Assembly (NCBI GenBank): GCA_965237675.1
Contig: OZ250150.1
Coordinates: 768,001-832,000 of the forward strand
Source of the DNA: Candidatus Latescibacterota bacterium
GTDB lineage: Bacteria; Latescibacterota; UBA2968; GCA-2709665
DNA length: 64,000 nt
Reading direction: 5' to 3'
This document shows, one piece after another, positions 19,211 to 29,000 of the stretch. Below the pieces are notes generated by a model, which saw only the letters and a list, made by a program, of their open reading frames with translations, did no database searches and was not told where the DNA came from. Positions within the stretch are counted from its first letter, which is position 1. Each line of letters starts with the position of its first letter. The translations under genes were made by a program, and so were the position numbers.

Positions 19211-19409
19211 ACAAGACGGGGAGAGGGAAGAGGGGAGACGGGAGAAGTGCTGGTAACTATTCCGTATGAGACGCCCCGGAATCAACTCACGCTGTTGTTC
19301 TACGAGAAGTGGATTGCTGAATGCGGCGCGAGACCGGTGGGGTGTGGCGGGGTCCTCTTCCTTCTACCGTCTCACGTCTTCCCGCTCTTGAAAGAAGGGC
19401 GCCGCTCGG

Positions 19410-19630
19410 CGCGGGGCCGGGGGTAGAGGTCCCCCGCAGCCGTCGTGGATTGGCATCGCCAGGCCGTATCGCAATCCGCTTTTAGCTTTTCGATTTTAGC
19501 TGACAGCTGACCACTGATAGCTGATAGCTCTGTCTGAGGGGGCCGGGGGGAGAGGTCACCGCGCTGACGTCAATTGATTGGGTTTTTGCTTCAAGCTGAT
19601 AGCTGTAAGCTGATGGCTAATAGCTGCTGT
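19410..19630. repeat. Duplicated unit plus heptamer (AGCTGAT/AGCTGAC) tandem repeats
   Basis: GGGGCCGGGGG(T/G)AGAGGTC occurs twice, about 126 bp apart. AGCTGACAGCTGACCACTGATAGCTGATAGCT at 19498-19529 and AGCTGATAGCTGTAAGCTGATGGCTAATAGCT at about 19594-19625. Confidence 0.75.
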
Positions 19631-19685
19631 TGCTGCTTCTCGACGGCTAAAGTCTGGCGATCAATTGCCGGAACAAACAACGGCG

Positions 19686-22400
19686 TCAGTCCCCCTTTAC
19701 GAACCCGGCGGCCCGGAGGAGGGTGACGGCGTCGCAATGGGTGGCGGGGTAGTCGCGTACGGTAATGGACTTCTCCGTAGCGGCTTCGATTTCGTACCCG
19801 GTGTCGTCACATAGCAAATACGTCCCGGGAAGGGTATGGGGGTCGGGCACGGCGTTTCGGACGTGGTAGGTGCGATCGGTGACGTCGGTGACCTCGAGGG
19901 AGATCTCCGCATGTTCGATGGTCAGCGCGTGCCCGTTGCAACGGATTTCGGTACCGCGCAGCAGATAGGCGCGGAGCAGGCGGCCACGGTCATCGACGGA
20001 CGCAAAGGCGAACCGGCCAGTGATCGATAAGGGACCGACCTCATGGGTGCCGCCCTCGGGGGCGGAGAGAATATAGTCTGTACAGCCATGCCGTTCGACC
20101 GCGACCGCCATGGTCCCGTTGGCAGGATCGTCGAGAACCAGGCGAGACGACTGGACGGGCGTACGATCGACGTAGGGAGAAATCACCGAGGCGAACCGGC
20201 TGTTCAGGTGCGTGTCGTCGCTGCGTTCCGCCAGGACCTGCTGGACAGGAGGGGCATTGAGCTCATCGCCCAGGTCCGAGCGCCATCCCGGCGCGTCCAC
20301 GAGAAGAAGACGATGGATGGGGTTGAGCAGCGTGAGGTCCAGTCGCACGTCCTGGTTTTCCCATGTCGCGGTGAATGGCTCCTGAGGCCGGTCGGCGCGG
20401 ATGTTGTCCAGCCACTCGAACGGTTCGTCGACGGGTTTCAGGTCGGCCCCGATAATGCCGGCGAGGCGGCCGTTGCTGTGGAAGCCGTACTGGTGCAGCG
20501 TGCCGCCGTCGATTCGGAAAAAGTCGACAGCGTAGGTCTGATCGCCGGGGATCTGAACCAGGACGCAGGTGCGCCGGTACAGATGGCACTGCCGGTAAGG
20601 CGTTGCCGACGCCTGCACGACTTCCACGCCCGCACCCATGCCGAAGAGTTCCAGCGCTGCCGGTTTATTGCTGCCGATCTGGTTCTGGCCGTCTACGGTG
20701 ACGATGTTGTGGGAAAGCGTGCTGTTGGTCCATGCGTTTCTGGGGTCGTCCCAGATATAACCCCTATCCGCCGCCATCTCCCGTCCATGGGCGATATAGA
20801 TGATCCCCAGGGTGTCGTTGTGGCGATGGCCGCCGTGCGCGTAGCCGTTGAGGTAGAACGCAGTATGGCCTTTCGGGTTTCCGCCGCGAAGAACGGCAAC
20901 GTGCCATCCCGGAAACCATTCCGTACGTTGGGGCAGGTCGGTATCCTCGTCCACTTTCAAATCGGGATCCCGGTGCCAGAGGGCGTATTCTTCCCCTTTT
21001 AGTGACAGTGGCGCACCCTGAGATTTCTCCAGCAGGCCGGCGTAGCGGCTGCCGTAGTGGGCGGCCAGGATCTCGGCGTAGATCGGGTCGATGGTCCGAC
21101 CTTCCCTGGAGTCTCCGATGACGGGCTCCCGAAGGTTCGGATCCAGCATGCGAACCATGCTCTCCAGGGCCAGACGGTAGCGGTCGAAGTGTTGAAAAGG
21201 ATCCAGGTCTTTGAGGGCTGGGCCGGTCTCCGGTTCGTAGCCGTCGGGATCGGCGTATCCGTCGAGAAGTTCCGGTATTTCGCGCAGCAGGTCGAGATGC
21301 ATGGAGGAATAGCTCGGGGATTCCGTGCAGAAGCCATCAAAATGGAAGGCGTCTTCCATGAGCGCTTCAAACGCCTGAATCGCCCGGCGTACGCTCTCCG
21401 GTTTCTTGAAGAGAATGCCCACCGCGGCGCTGAGTGCCCGCCCCGGACCGCATTTGTTGTTGATATCGTTCCAGTTTTCGGTGTCCGCACAACCGGCCAG
21501 GATGAGGTCGTCGACAATGCGCCGCTCCATTTGGGAACTGATGACGGGAGAGCCATCCGGATGCCGCGCCGTTCGGACCAGGTCGTAGGCCAGCGCGACC
21601 CGGAGAATGTATCCGCCATCGGAGCCGCTGCAGCCAAAGCGTCCGGCGCCCCAGAAGCCGTTGTTGAGTACCGCGTGGTTATCCACCCGGTGACGGCCTT
21701 CAAAGGCGGAGATGATGGTTTCAACGGGAAACCGGCCGGCGGGTGGGTATTTGCCCATGGATGCCGCGGCTTCGGCGGGTGGACAATCCGCAACGGTACC
21801 GTCGTAGGAATGGAACAGCCAATTGGGATACCGCCGCGCCATACAGTCCATAATCCACGCGCTCCACTGCGCGTACTGCACGTCGTCGGTGAGTGCGTAC
21901 AACTTGGCGAGAGGAAGCATCTGTTCGAAGCACCAGCGGCTTTTCTTTGAGCGGATGACGCCGGTCCAGCTTGTGTGGACGGGCCATCGGACCCATTTGA
22001 ACGCGTGTTCGCCCGATCTGTCTTCAGGGTGTGCGCGTTCCGCATCGGTGAGATAGAAGGTGAACGTCTGGTTCATCCTGGGTGCGGTGACGCTGCCGGT
22101 CTCGGGATAATCGGCGTTGGGGTACTCGGTTTTGCAGTATCTGCAGATAAGCCGGTCCGGATCGGTCGGGTCCCAGTCGTAGATACCGCATTCGCCCATG
22201 GAGGAGAGACGGTCCACACAGGCTGGGCAGTTCTGGCCGTACTCGGGCCATGGGGTGAGTTCCGGCATCATCGCCTCGACAAAATCCATGTCCCGGCCAG
22301 TGAGGTAGTCGACCTCTTTTTTCCAGTCTTCGACGATGGCCTGCGCCCAGGAATAGCGACGCACGTTCTCTCGTGCGATTTCTACGTTGAGAAGGGGCAT
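19686..22400 (-). CDS. Heparinase II/III-like polysaccharide lyase
   Basis: ESPSYS, GGHRHNDTLG, DRGY and STLSHNIVTVDG motifs; AGGAG RBS before MPLLNV. Confidence 0.85.
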   Translation of the reverse strand: MPLLNVEIARENVRRYSWAQAIVEDWKKEVDYLTGRDMDFVEAMMPELTPWPEYGQNCPACVDRLSSMGECGIYDWDPTDPDRLICRYCKTEYPNADYPETGSVTAPRMNQTFTFYLTDAERAHPEDRSGEHAFKWVRWPVHTSWTGVIRSKKSRWCFEQMLPLAKLYALTDDVQYAQWSAWIMDCMARRYPNWLFHSYDGTVADCPPAEAAASMGKYPPAGRFPVETIISAFEGRHRVDNHAVLNNGFWGAGRFGCSGSDGGYILRVALAYDLVRTARHPDGSPVISSQMERRIVDDLILAGCADTENWNDINNKCGPGRALSAAVGILFKKPESVRRAIQAFEALMEDAFHFDGFCTESPSYSSMHLDLLREIPELLDGYADPDGYEPETGPALKDLDPFQHFDRYRLALESMVRMLDPNLREPVIGDSREGRTIDPIYAEILAAHYGSRYAGLLEKSQGAPLSLKGEEYALWHRDPDLKVDEDTDLPQRTEWFPGWHVAVLRGGNPKGHTAFYLNGYAHGGHRHNDTLGIIYIAHGREMAADRGYIWDDPRNAWTNSTLSHNIVTVDGQNQIGSNKPAALELFGMGAGVEVVQASATPYRQCHLYRRTCVLVQIPGDQTYAVDFFRIDGGTLHQYGFHSNGRLAGIIGADLKPVDEPFEWLDNIRADRPQEPFTATWENQDVRLDLTLLNPIHRLLLVDAPGWRSDLGDELNAPPVQQVLAERSDDTHLNSRFASVISPYVDRTPVQSSRLVLDDPANGTMAVAVERHGCTDYILSAPEGGTHEVGPLSITGRFAFASVDDRGRLLRAYLLRGTEIRCNGHALTIEHAEISLEVTDVTDRTYHVRNAVPDPHTLPGTYLLCDDTGYEIEAATEKSITVRDYPATHCDAVTLLRAAGFVKGD

Positions 22401-22566
22401 GACAACTCCTTTATTACACGTCAGGACCGAAACACACGGCACGGTGCTGATGGAACCTGGCCTGAAAAATTCATGCAATTGTCACGGTTAGCAGCGTAAT
22501 TCGCGGATCAATCAACTCCACCGCCACAGAATGGATTTTCGAGCCGTTGAGAAAGCGTTTGTGAAG

Positions 22567-22590
22567 GTGGGGCAGACATTCCTGTCTGCC
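22567..22590. repeat. REP-like palindrome
   Basis: GTGGGGCAGACATTCCTGTCTGCC, forming a GGCAGACA/TGTCTGCC hairpin. Confidence 0.6.
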
Positions 22591-22669
22591 GTGCTCATTG
22601 TGCTTCTGCCGGAATGCGAACGGGAGACAGGCTTGCGCCGCCTGCACTTAGCTTGTCGAAGAGATGCCA

Positions 22670-22722
22670 TCCGGGCGACTCGTCGGCCGAATTTTGGTGA
22701 TCTATTTTCGGGACATAACGCA
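22670..22722. mobile_element. MITE family A partial copy
   Basis: CCGGGCGACTCGTCGGCCGAATTTTGGTGATCTATTTTCGGGACATAAC matches one end of the family. Confidence 0.55.
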
Positions 22723-22736
22723 CGCGCACGGAACGT

Positions 22737-23951
22737 CTATTTCTCCATGAAAGGGCCGCGCTGTTCGAGGCGTTGCAGCGTCTCTTGAAACGCCTCCGTG
22801 CCGTCGTCCTCCCACACGTCCAGACGGATGCCACGGGTATTGCCTTCCGGGAAGCCGGTGACGCGGGCGACGTTCGGAAATCCCTTCGTATAAAGCCTGT
22901 TTCCGCCCGGCAGGTGCAGGATGCCGATCGTGGTTGGGATAACCGTGGGTTTGTTGGCCGCACATACGGCCAGAGCGTCTTCATCGACCTCGACGCCGAG
23001 GCCGGGGCCCTCCGGTACCGGAGACGAACCGGCCGCCACCTCGATTCGCTGGCTGACAACGTCTTCGTCGTACTGATCGTCCAGGTTGGTGGAATGGGCC
23101 ACGTTCGGAATAACGGCGCCCATATGCAGGGCCATCGCCTTTGTGAGGGTACCGCCCGTGAGCTGGATGACCGACGAGACATTGGCCAGTGCCGCGGCAA
23201 AGCCGCGCACGATAGTGGGGCCGATTCCGCCTTCGCCGATCATATAGGCGTCGGCGCAACCCCGGATGATTTCCTGGCCGCCACCGAGCTGAGGGACGTG
23301 CATCAGCAGAGGAAAGCTGGTCTTCTGCCGCAGCAGGCGCCACCCTTCCACGTCGGACAGAACGAGAGGATCCTCGATCATACCGACCACGGGTGAGCCT
23401 TCCAACTCCTTCAGAATTCTCAGGACGGCCGCAAGCGGCCGATTGTGATTGAAGTCGTAGTGCATCTTGAATCCCGGCGGCGCCACCTCCTCCACCGCCC
23501 GGGTCTGTTCAAAAACGTCATAATAGGCGGACGTATGGATCTTGAAGATCATATATCCCTGGTCAACCGCCCGCACCACCTCCTTGGCCAGGTCTTCCGG
23601 TGACGCAGGGCGGGTCCACGCCGCCACGGGCACCCGGTCGCGTATCTTCTGGCCCATGAGCTTGTACGCGGGAATCTCCAGATGCTTGCCCATGGCGTCG
23701 TACAGAGCGCCCATCAGGCCGGAATTGAGATCGGCGTTGATAAAGTCGAAGGGGTCGCGGCCGACAAGGTGCTCGACAGTGGATCTGTCGGGCGCCTCGC
23801 AGCGCGCGTCGCCGTACCCGACGATGTCGTTGTCCGTTGTAATTTTGAAAACAGTGCGATGGTTCAAGTTGATGAACCGCGCTTTCTGATCGGCGTTCCG
23901 GTCGGCGATTCTCGGATAGATGGGGATGATTTCGATGTCGGTAATTTTCAT
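22737..23951 (-). CDS. Mandelate racemase/muconate lactonizing (enolase superfamily) enzyme
   Basis: MKITDIEI, ALYDAMGK, YDFN, IEDPL, PEGPGLGVEVD. Confidence 0.9.
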   Translation of the reverse strand: MKITDIEIIPIYPRIADRNADQKARFINLNHRTVFKITTDNDIVGYGDARCEAPDRSTVEHLVGRDPFDFINADLNSGLMGALYDAMGKHLEIPAYKLMGQKIRDRVPVAAWTRPASPEDLAKEVVRAVDQGYMIFKIHTSAYYDVFEQTRAVEEVAPPGFKMHYDFNHNRPLAAVLRILKELEGSPVVGMIEDPLVLSDVEGWRLLRQKTSFPLLMHVPQLGGGQEIIRGCADAYMIGEGGIGPTIVRGFAAALANVSSVIQLTGGTLTKAMALHMGAVIPNVAHSTNLDDQYDEDVVSQRIEVAAGSSPVPEGPGLGVEVDEDALAVCAANKPTVIPTTIGILHLPGGNRLYTKGFPNVARVTGFPEGNTRGIRLDVWEDDGTEAFQETLQRLEQRGPFMEK

Positions 23952-24039
23952 GATGAATTCCTTAATAACGGGATAACGGGAAGATTACGGCCTGGAATCG
24001 CGGCAATGTCCGTATATCAGGGTTGTCGAACTCCGCTCG

Positions 24040-24123
24040 TCAGACCTCAGCGGGCCTCGTAATATCGACGCGGGGCAGTATCCTGCGCAAGAGGGATCTT
24101 GACCGGTCCGCCGTGGACCGGAT
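24040..24123 (-). pseudogene. Relic duplicate of the 3' end of the DapA-like gene
   Basis: Translates IRSTADRSRSLLRRILPRVDITRPAEV*, versus IDPSTSGQLRSLLRCILPGVDITRPVEV* at 24966-25049. Confidence 0.8.
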
Positions 24124-24254
24124 TTGCGCTGTGCGCCTATGCGTGCTATATATCGCCGTGTTACCTTGACAACAAGGATGTTTCGATAATATCACTTGAC
24201 TTCCATCTATTCAAAGACCGACATTTGCTCGATGGAGAGAGGAATCCACATATC

Positions 24255-24920
24255 ATGGCTGTAGAGGTAGGACAGTTGGCGCCCAACTTCGGGGTCTCAA
24301 GCTGGGTGCAGGGCGCCCCGACCAACTTCGACCGGGAGAGGGATCACATCGTGGTGCTGGAAGTCTTCCAGGTCAATTGTCCCGGATGCTTCATGTATGC
24401 CATTCCTGATGCGATACGCGTGTACAACAGGTCCAAGGACGACGGGGTGCGCGTCCTTGGACTGGCCACCGCCTTTGAGGACTTTGACAAAAACACGCTT
24501 GACAACCTCAGGCTCCTGGCTGAAACCGGTCAGGTGATAGGGGAGACCAGGAGTGCCCTTGCCATGAGCGGGCAGTTGCACGAGGGTGACAGGCTGTCCT
24601 ACAGGATCCCGTTTCCGCTCGGGATGGACCACCTTACGAGGATGCCCGGCGAACCCGGCCACGAAGCGATTATGGACGTGATATACCCCCAGATACCCAA
24701 CTTCGACTCGCAGCCTGAGAACTACAGGGTGCAGATCATACAGAGGGTGAAGGACTATCTGAGGGCAAAGGAATATTCGGCCGAGACGTTTGAGAAGTTT
24801 GACCTGCGCGGAACGCCGTCCACCATACTCGTCGACCGCAAGGGAGTCCTCAGGGACGTCTCTTTTGGCCGGACGGACCGCCTTGGGGAGATGATCCAGG
24901 GGATCCTCAGCGAAGACTGA
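24255..24920 (+). CDS. Thioredoxin-fold redoxin (TlpA/AhpC-like), thaumarchaeal-type sequence
   Basis: FQVNCPGC (CxxC), ATAFED, RGTPSTILVD; unusually frequent AGG and ATA codons. Confidence 0.85.
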   Translation: MAVEVGQLAPNFGVSSWVQGAPTNFDRERDHIVVLEVFQVNCPGCFMYAIPDAIRVYNRSKDDGVRVLGLATAFEDFDKNTLDNLRLLAETGQVIGETRSALAMSGQLHEGDRLSYRIPFPLGMDHLTRMPGEPGHEAIMDVIYPQIPNFDSQPENYRVQIIQRVKDYLRAKEYSAETFEKFDLRGTPSTILVDRKGVLRDVSFGRTDRLGEMIQGILSED

Positions 24921-24965
24921 GTCCGCGAGAGCGCATCTCAATCGCGGCTGATTGGATGTCGCTTT

Positions 24966-25886
24966 TCATACCTCGACGGGTCGTGTAATATCCACGCCGG
25001 GCAGTATGCAGCGCAAGAGGGATCTTAACTGACCTGAGGTGGACGGATCGATGTTGGCGCCGGGGTGGCGGACGTAGCTGCTTCTGATCAGCCCGCGCAG
25101 CCGGAAAATCTCCTTACGGATCGCCACGCCGGGTTGCTGTTCAAAGACGATGAGTGGCAGGTAGCGGCGATAAATGTCGTGCACGGCGTCGAAGTCGCTG
25201 CTCCGTGCAGCCCGGACCATGGCAATCAGAACTTCAGGGAAGGCGAAGCCGGTCATGAAACCGTGGGCGCCGCGGGCCAGGTCATATGCGGCGTAGAGGG
25301 CGCCAAGCCCGGTGAGTACGGTTACTGAACGGTCCCCGATGCCATTCAGGATGGCGGTAATTCTGGGCGGGGTGGGTGTTGCCTCTTCCTTGATGCATGC
25401 CACACGCGGTATCTCGCGGATCAGACGGTGAATGAGGGAGACAGACATGTGGACCTGGGTGGAGGCGGGGTGGTCCTGCACGACGATGGGAATGGAGATT
25501 CCCTCGGAAACTTCGCTGAAGAATTCAAAGATGCGGTCTTCGTTGGGAACCGGTTCTCGCATCGGCGTGACCATCACGCCAGCCGCACCGAGAGATTCGG
25601 CCATCCGGCTGAGTTCCAGGGTAGCCTGGGTCCCGCTGTGGCTTGTGCCGACGATAACCGGGATGCTGCCGTCCAGGGCGTTCACGGCGGTCCCGATCAG
25701 CCGCTCCCGTTCGGCATCCAGCATCCGGTTGGATTCACCCAGTACGCCGATCATCGTGACGCCGTCGACGCCGATGTCGGCCATAAAGCGTACCGTCCGG
25801 TCGAAGGATTCCAGGTCGAGGTCGCCGCTGTCGTCAAACGGCGTAACGAGGATGGGAAAAACGCCTTCGAAGGTTACGGTCGCCAT
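24966..25886 (-). CDS. Dihydrodipicolinate synthase (DapA/NAL) family lyase
   Basis: GVFPILVTPF, GVLGES, VVQDHP, IKEE, GFMTG. Confidence 0.9.
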   Translation of the reverse strand: MATVTFEGVFPILVTPFDDSGDLDLESFDRTVRFMADIGVDGVTMIGVLGESNRMLDAERERLIGTAVNALDGSIPVIVGTSHSGTQATLELSRMAESLGAAGVMVTPMREPVPNEDRIFEFFSEVSEGISIPIVVQDHPASTQVHMSVSLIHRLIREIPRVACIKEEATPTPPRITAILNGIGDRSVTVLTGLGALYAAYDLARGAHGFMTGFAFPEVLIAMVRAARSSDFDAVHDIYRRYLPLIVFEQQPGVAIRKEIFRLRGLIRSSYVRHPGANIDPSTSGQLRSLLRCILPGVDITRPVEV

Positions 25887-26083
25887 ATTTGAATATGCTG
25901 CCTTTTGTCCGTCATCATGGTAGCAATTCGAAAAAACGGTGCGGTCCAAGGAGAAAACAGGGGTTCACACCGGGCTCCAGGGCACCGGTTTCGATCGTCC
26001 AACGGGGCTGACCGGTCTGATTCCGTAACGGTATGTCGGTGATATCGGATACCCGGGCCTGGGTGTTAATTTTCGACCCGCAT

Positions 26084-29000
26084 TCAAGCTTTCAATACGT
26101 GGAGGCCGCCATCCTCTGAACAAACAACGATTTCAGGGATGCCGTCCCCGTCGACGTCCGCGGGAACAATATCCAGGATGGGGCCGCCGGCTTGAAATCG
26201 GCCGACCTGGCGTCCATCCGCATTGGCGAGGAGGCGCACGGTACCGTCCTCGACGCCCGCCGCGACTTCGAGTTTTCCGTCGCCGTTGAAGTCGGCCGCC
26301 GCGATGCAGCGAACGACTTCGCCGAGGTCGGCGCGCCAGTGCAATGTCTTACCATCGCCCTTGACGACGTAGACGTTGAAACTCATGGACGATGCGACGA
26401 TTTCATCCAGGCCGTCGCCATCCATGTCGGCCATCAGGACCCGGGTGACTTCGTCGCCCGTGTTGAATTGCGAGATGAGAGCCCCGTCGGCGTTGAGAAG
26501 GTGGATGTGGGTGTCCGCGCCGGCGAAGGCGACTTCCTTCAGACCGTCGCCGTCGACGTCGGCGGCCGCGGCGCAATTGGCGCGAGGGCCCGTGGACGGA
26601 TGATAGGACCAGCGGATTTCGCCGGTCCCGTCGATGCAGTGCCAGCGGTGGTAGTCCGTCCCGGCGATAACCTCGTCCCGGCCGTCGCCATCCAGGTCGG
26701 CGGCGCAACCGGTGGACGAGGGGCGCACGGTCATCTGGCGCCAGAGTTCTTCCCCCTCGTGGGTGAAGGCGTGATAGCGCCACGATTCCACGGCGGCGAT
26801 GACCTCGAGGTTGCCGTCGCCGTTGATGTCGCCGGTGAAAACGGACCGCACGACGGGATCCTGGAAGTAAAAGGGGATTTTGACGTCCCATTTCAACTTC
26901 CCCCTCGCGTCGAGGACGTACACCCGGGTGTCTTCCGAACCGGCGATGATTTCTGGCCGCCCGTCGTTTTCCAGGTCAGCGGTCCACACGGAGCGGACAA
27001 CGCCGCCGGTGGGATAGTGCCACAGGGAGCTACCGTCTTTATATGCGTGAATCGAATGGGTGCGGCCGCCGGCAACGATTTCGTCCTTACCGTCGCCGTC
27101 CAGATCTGAGGCCCGTACAGACAGCAAAGCGCTGTCCTCCCTGCGAGACCAGAGCGCGGGAAGATCCGGAATGCGGCCCCTCCTGCGCGAGGTCCGGAAG
27201 CGTGGCGCGAAATGCGGTCCGCTCTTTTTGGCCGCGGCCCTGCGGAGTCTCGCCAGGACCGGGGAGTTCAGAGCGATGCGGTGTCTACCTCCCGGCGCAC
27301 GGAACGTGACGGCGCCGTTCGAACCATCGGCGGCGATCGGCTTGCCGTCCACTTCGACCTCCGCTCCGCTTCCCGCGGACAGAGTAATTGTTGTCGGAAC
27401 GGAGGTGACGAGAGTGCCCCGCGCCACTGACAGATCGTATTCGAGGGACACGGGATGGTCACTCTTGAACGTGGTATCTTCCCACGCAACTTCCGTTCCG
27501 TCCACAATAGCAATTGTGCACGGTGAGATCTGAAATTGGGCTGCCGCAACGGTGGGCCCGGAAGGTAGCGCCAGCGCTCTGCCGGACGTGCCGACGCCGG
27601 CAAAGAGGGTTTCCGATCCGCCATCGATGCGTACGGCATTCTCCGCGATCCGTGTCATTCTCAGCTTCTGCGGATTGCAATAAAGCAGGTTGAAATAGCG
27701 GTAGGGTTCCCCTTTTTTGAGATGCACGTCAACGATCTGCTGAAGTACGCGTACGACGGGTTCGGCGTGGGTGTAGTCGGCCCAGTTTTTCCCGGTAACG
27801 GGGTCATCCTCGAGCTTGAGCCTGGGACCGGGCAGACCATGGATAAAAAAGGTTTTGCCGCTTTGTTCGACGGCCAGGCCGCCGTTGCGACACTGCACCG
27901 AGCCCAGGGTCTGCCAGACGGCGCGGAAGCAATAGTCCGCTTCTTCAAGCGCTTCCATTTCGTCGACGACCAGGAAAAAGGCCCCCCGGTTCCACAGGAT
28001 ATTCCGGCGCCAGTCCACGCCGCTGTACGAACGAAGGGTAGTCTGAGAGAATCCGGTATTCACATTGGCGGAAAATCGTTCCAGTTCCGCAAAGGGCGGG
28101 ATTTCGGCGGATTGCCCGTTTTTGAGAACGAGGACACCGTTGTGGAACTTGGGCAGCGATTTGATGTAGTCGCAATCGGCCAGCCAGATGCGGTTATTCT
28201 GGGTCAGGCGGCAGATCGAGTTGCCGTCGTAATGTTTGTGGCCGCCGTTGGAGAGGCCGTCGAGAAAGAGATACTGGTTCTCAGGGTCGAAACCATCCCG
28301 GAAGACGACCTTGTCGAAGGTCTTGTTCAAAGGCAGATGGTCGCTGCCACTGTTGGATTCGTAATAGAGCGGATCCACCGGGTAGACCTGAGCGCCCTCC
28401 ATGTCCGTGGGTTCGACCGGATCGACGTCTCGGCTGTGTTCATATGGATGCGATTTGGGGGCCATGGCCCTTTTCTTGTCGAGCATCCACTGGTAACGGC
28501 CGTCGCCGGTCACGCAGACCATGGCTCGCAGGTAGGGCACTTCAGTCCACGTTCCGAACGGGGAGGCCGTGTCTCCGTTGGGCACGGCGCAGCCCAGGTT
28601 ATCCGTTGTAAGGATGGCGTAATCGCCGGCGCGCTGCGCATTGCCGGTATCGAAGAAAGTCATATCACCCGAACTGAGGGTGTAGCGCATCGCGTGGAAG
28701 TGCGTGCGCCACTGGTAGTGGCCGCAGTCCTCCAGGGGTTTGAAGGCGTTGACCTGCGCCCTGAAGCATTTCTCCGAGATGGCCAGCCACCGGTAGGCCT
28801 GCGTAGCTTTGTAATATTTCTTAAAATAGACCCCGGCATAGTGCAGGCCCAGGGCGGCGTACGTGGCGTGGTTGTGACGGACGTGCTCATTGTCGACGTT
28901 GCCGACGTGCGATACGCAGTCTGTGATGAACTCGAACAGGATGCGGGTAATCCGCAGGCGGTCTTCATCGGAGATGACAGGGCTCTCTTCCACGAGGTCC

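Noticed and set aside
19410-19630. CRISPR array
   Set aside because: Only two degenerate units plus heptamer runs; no constant repeat with unique spacers and no cas genes.
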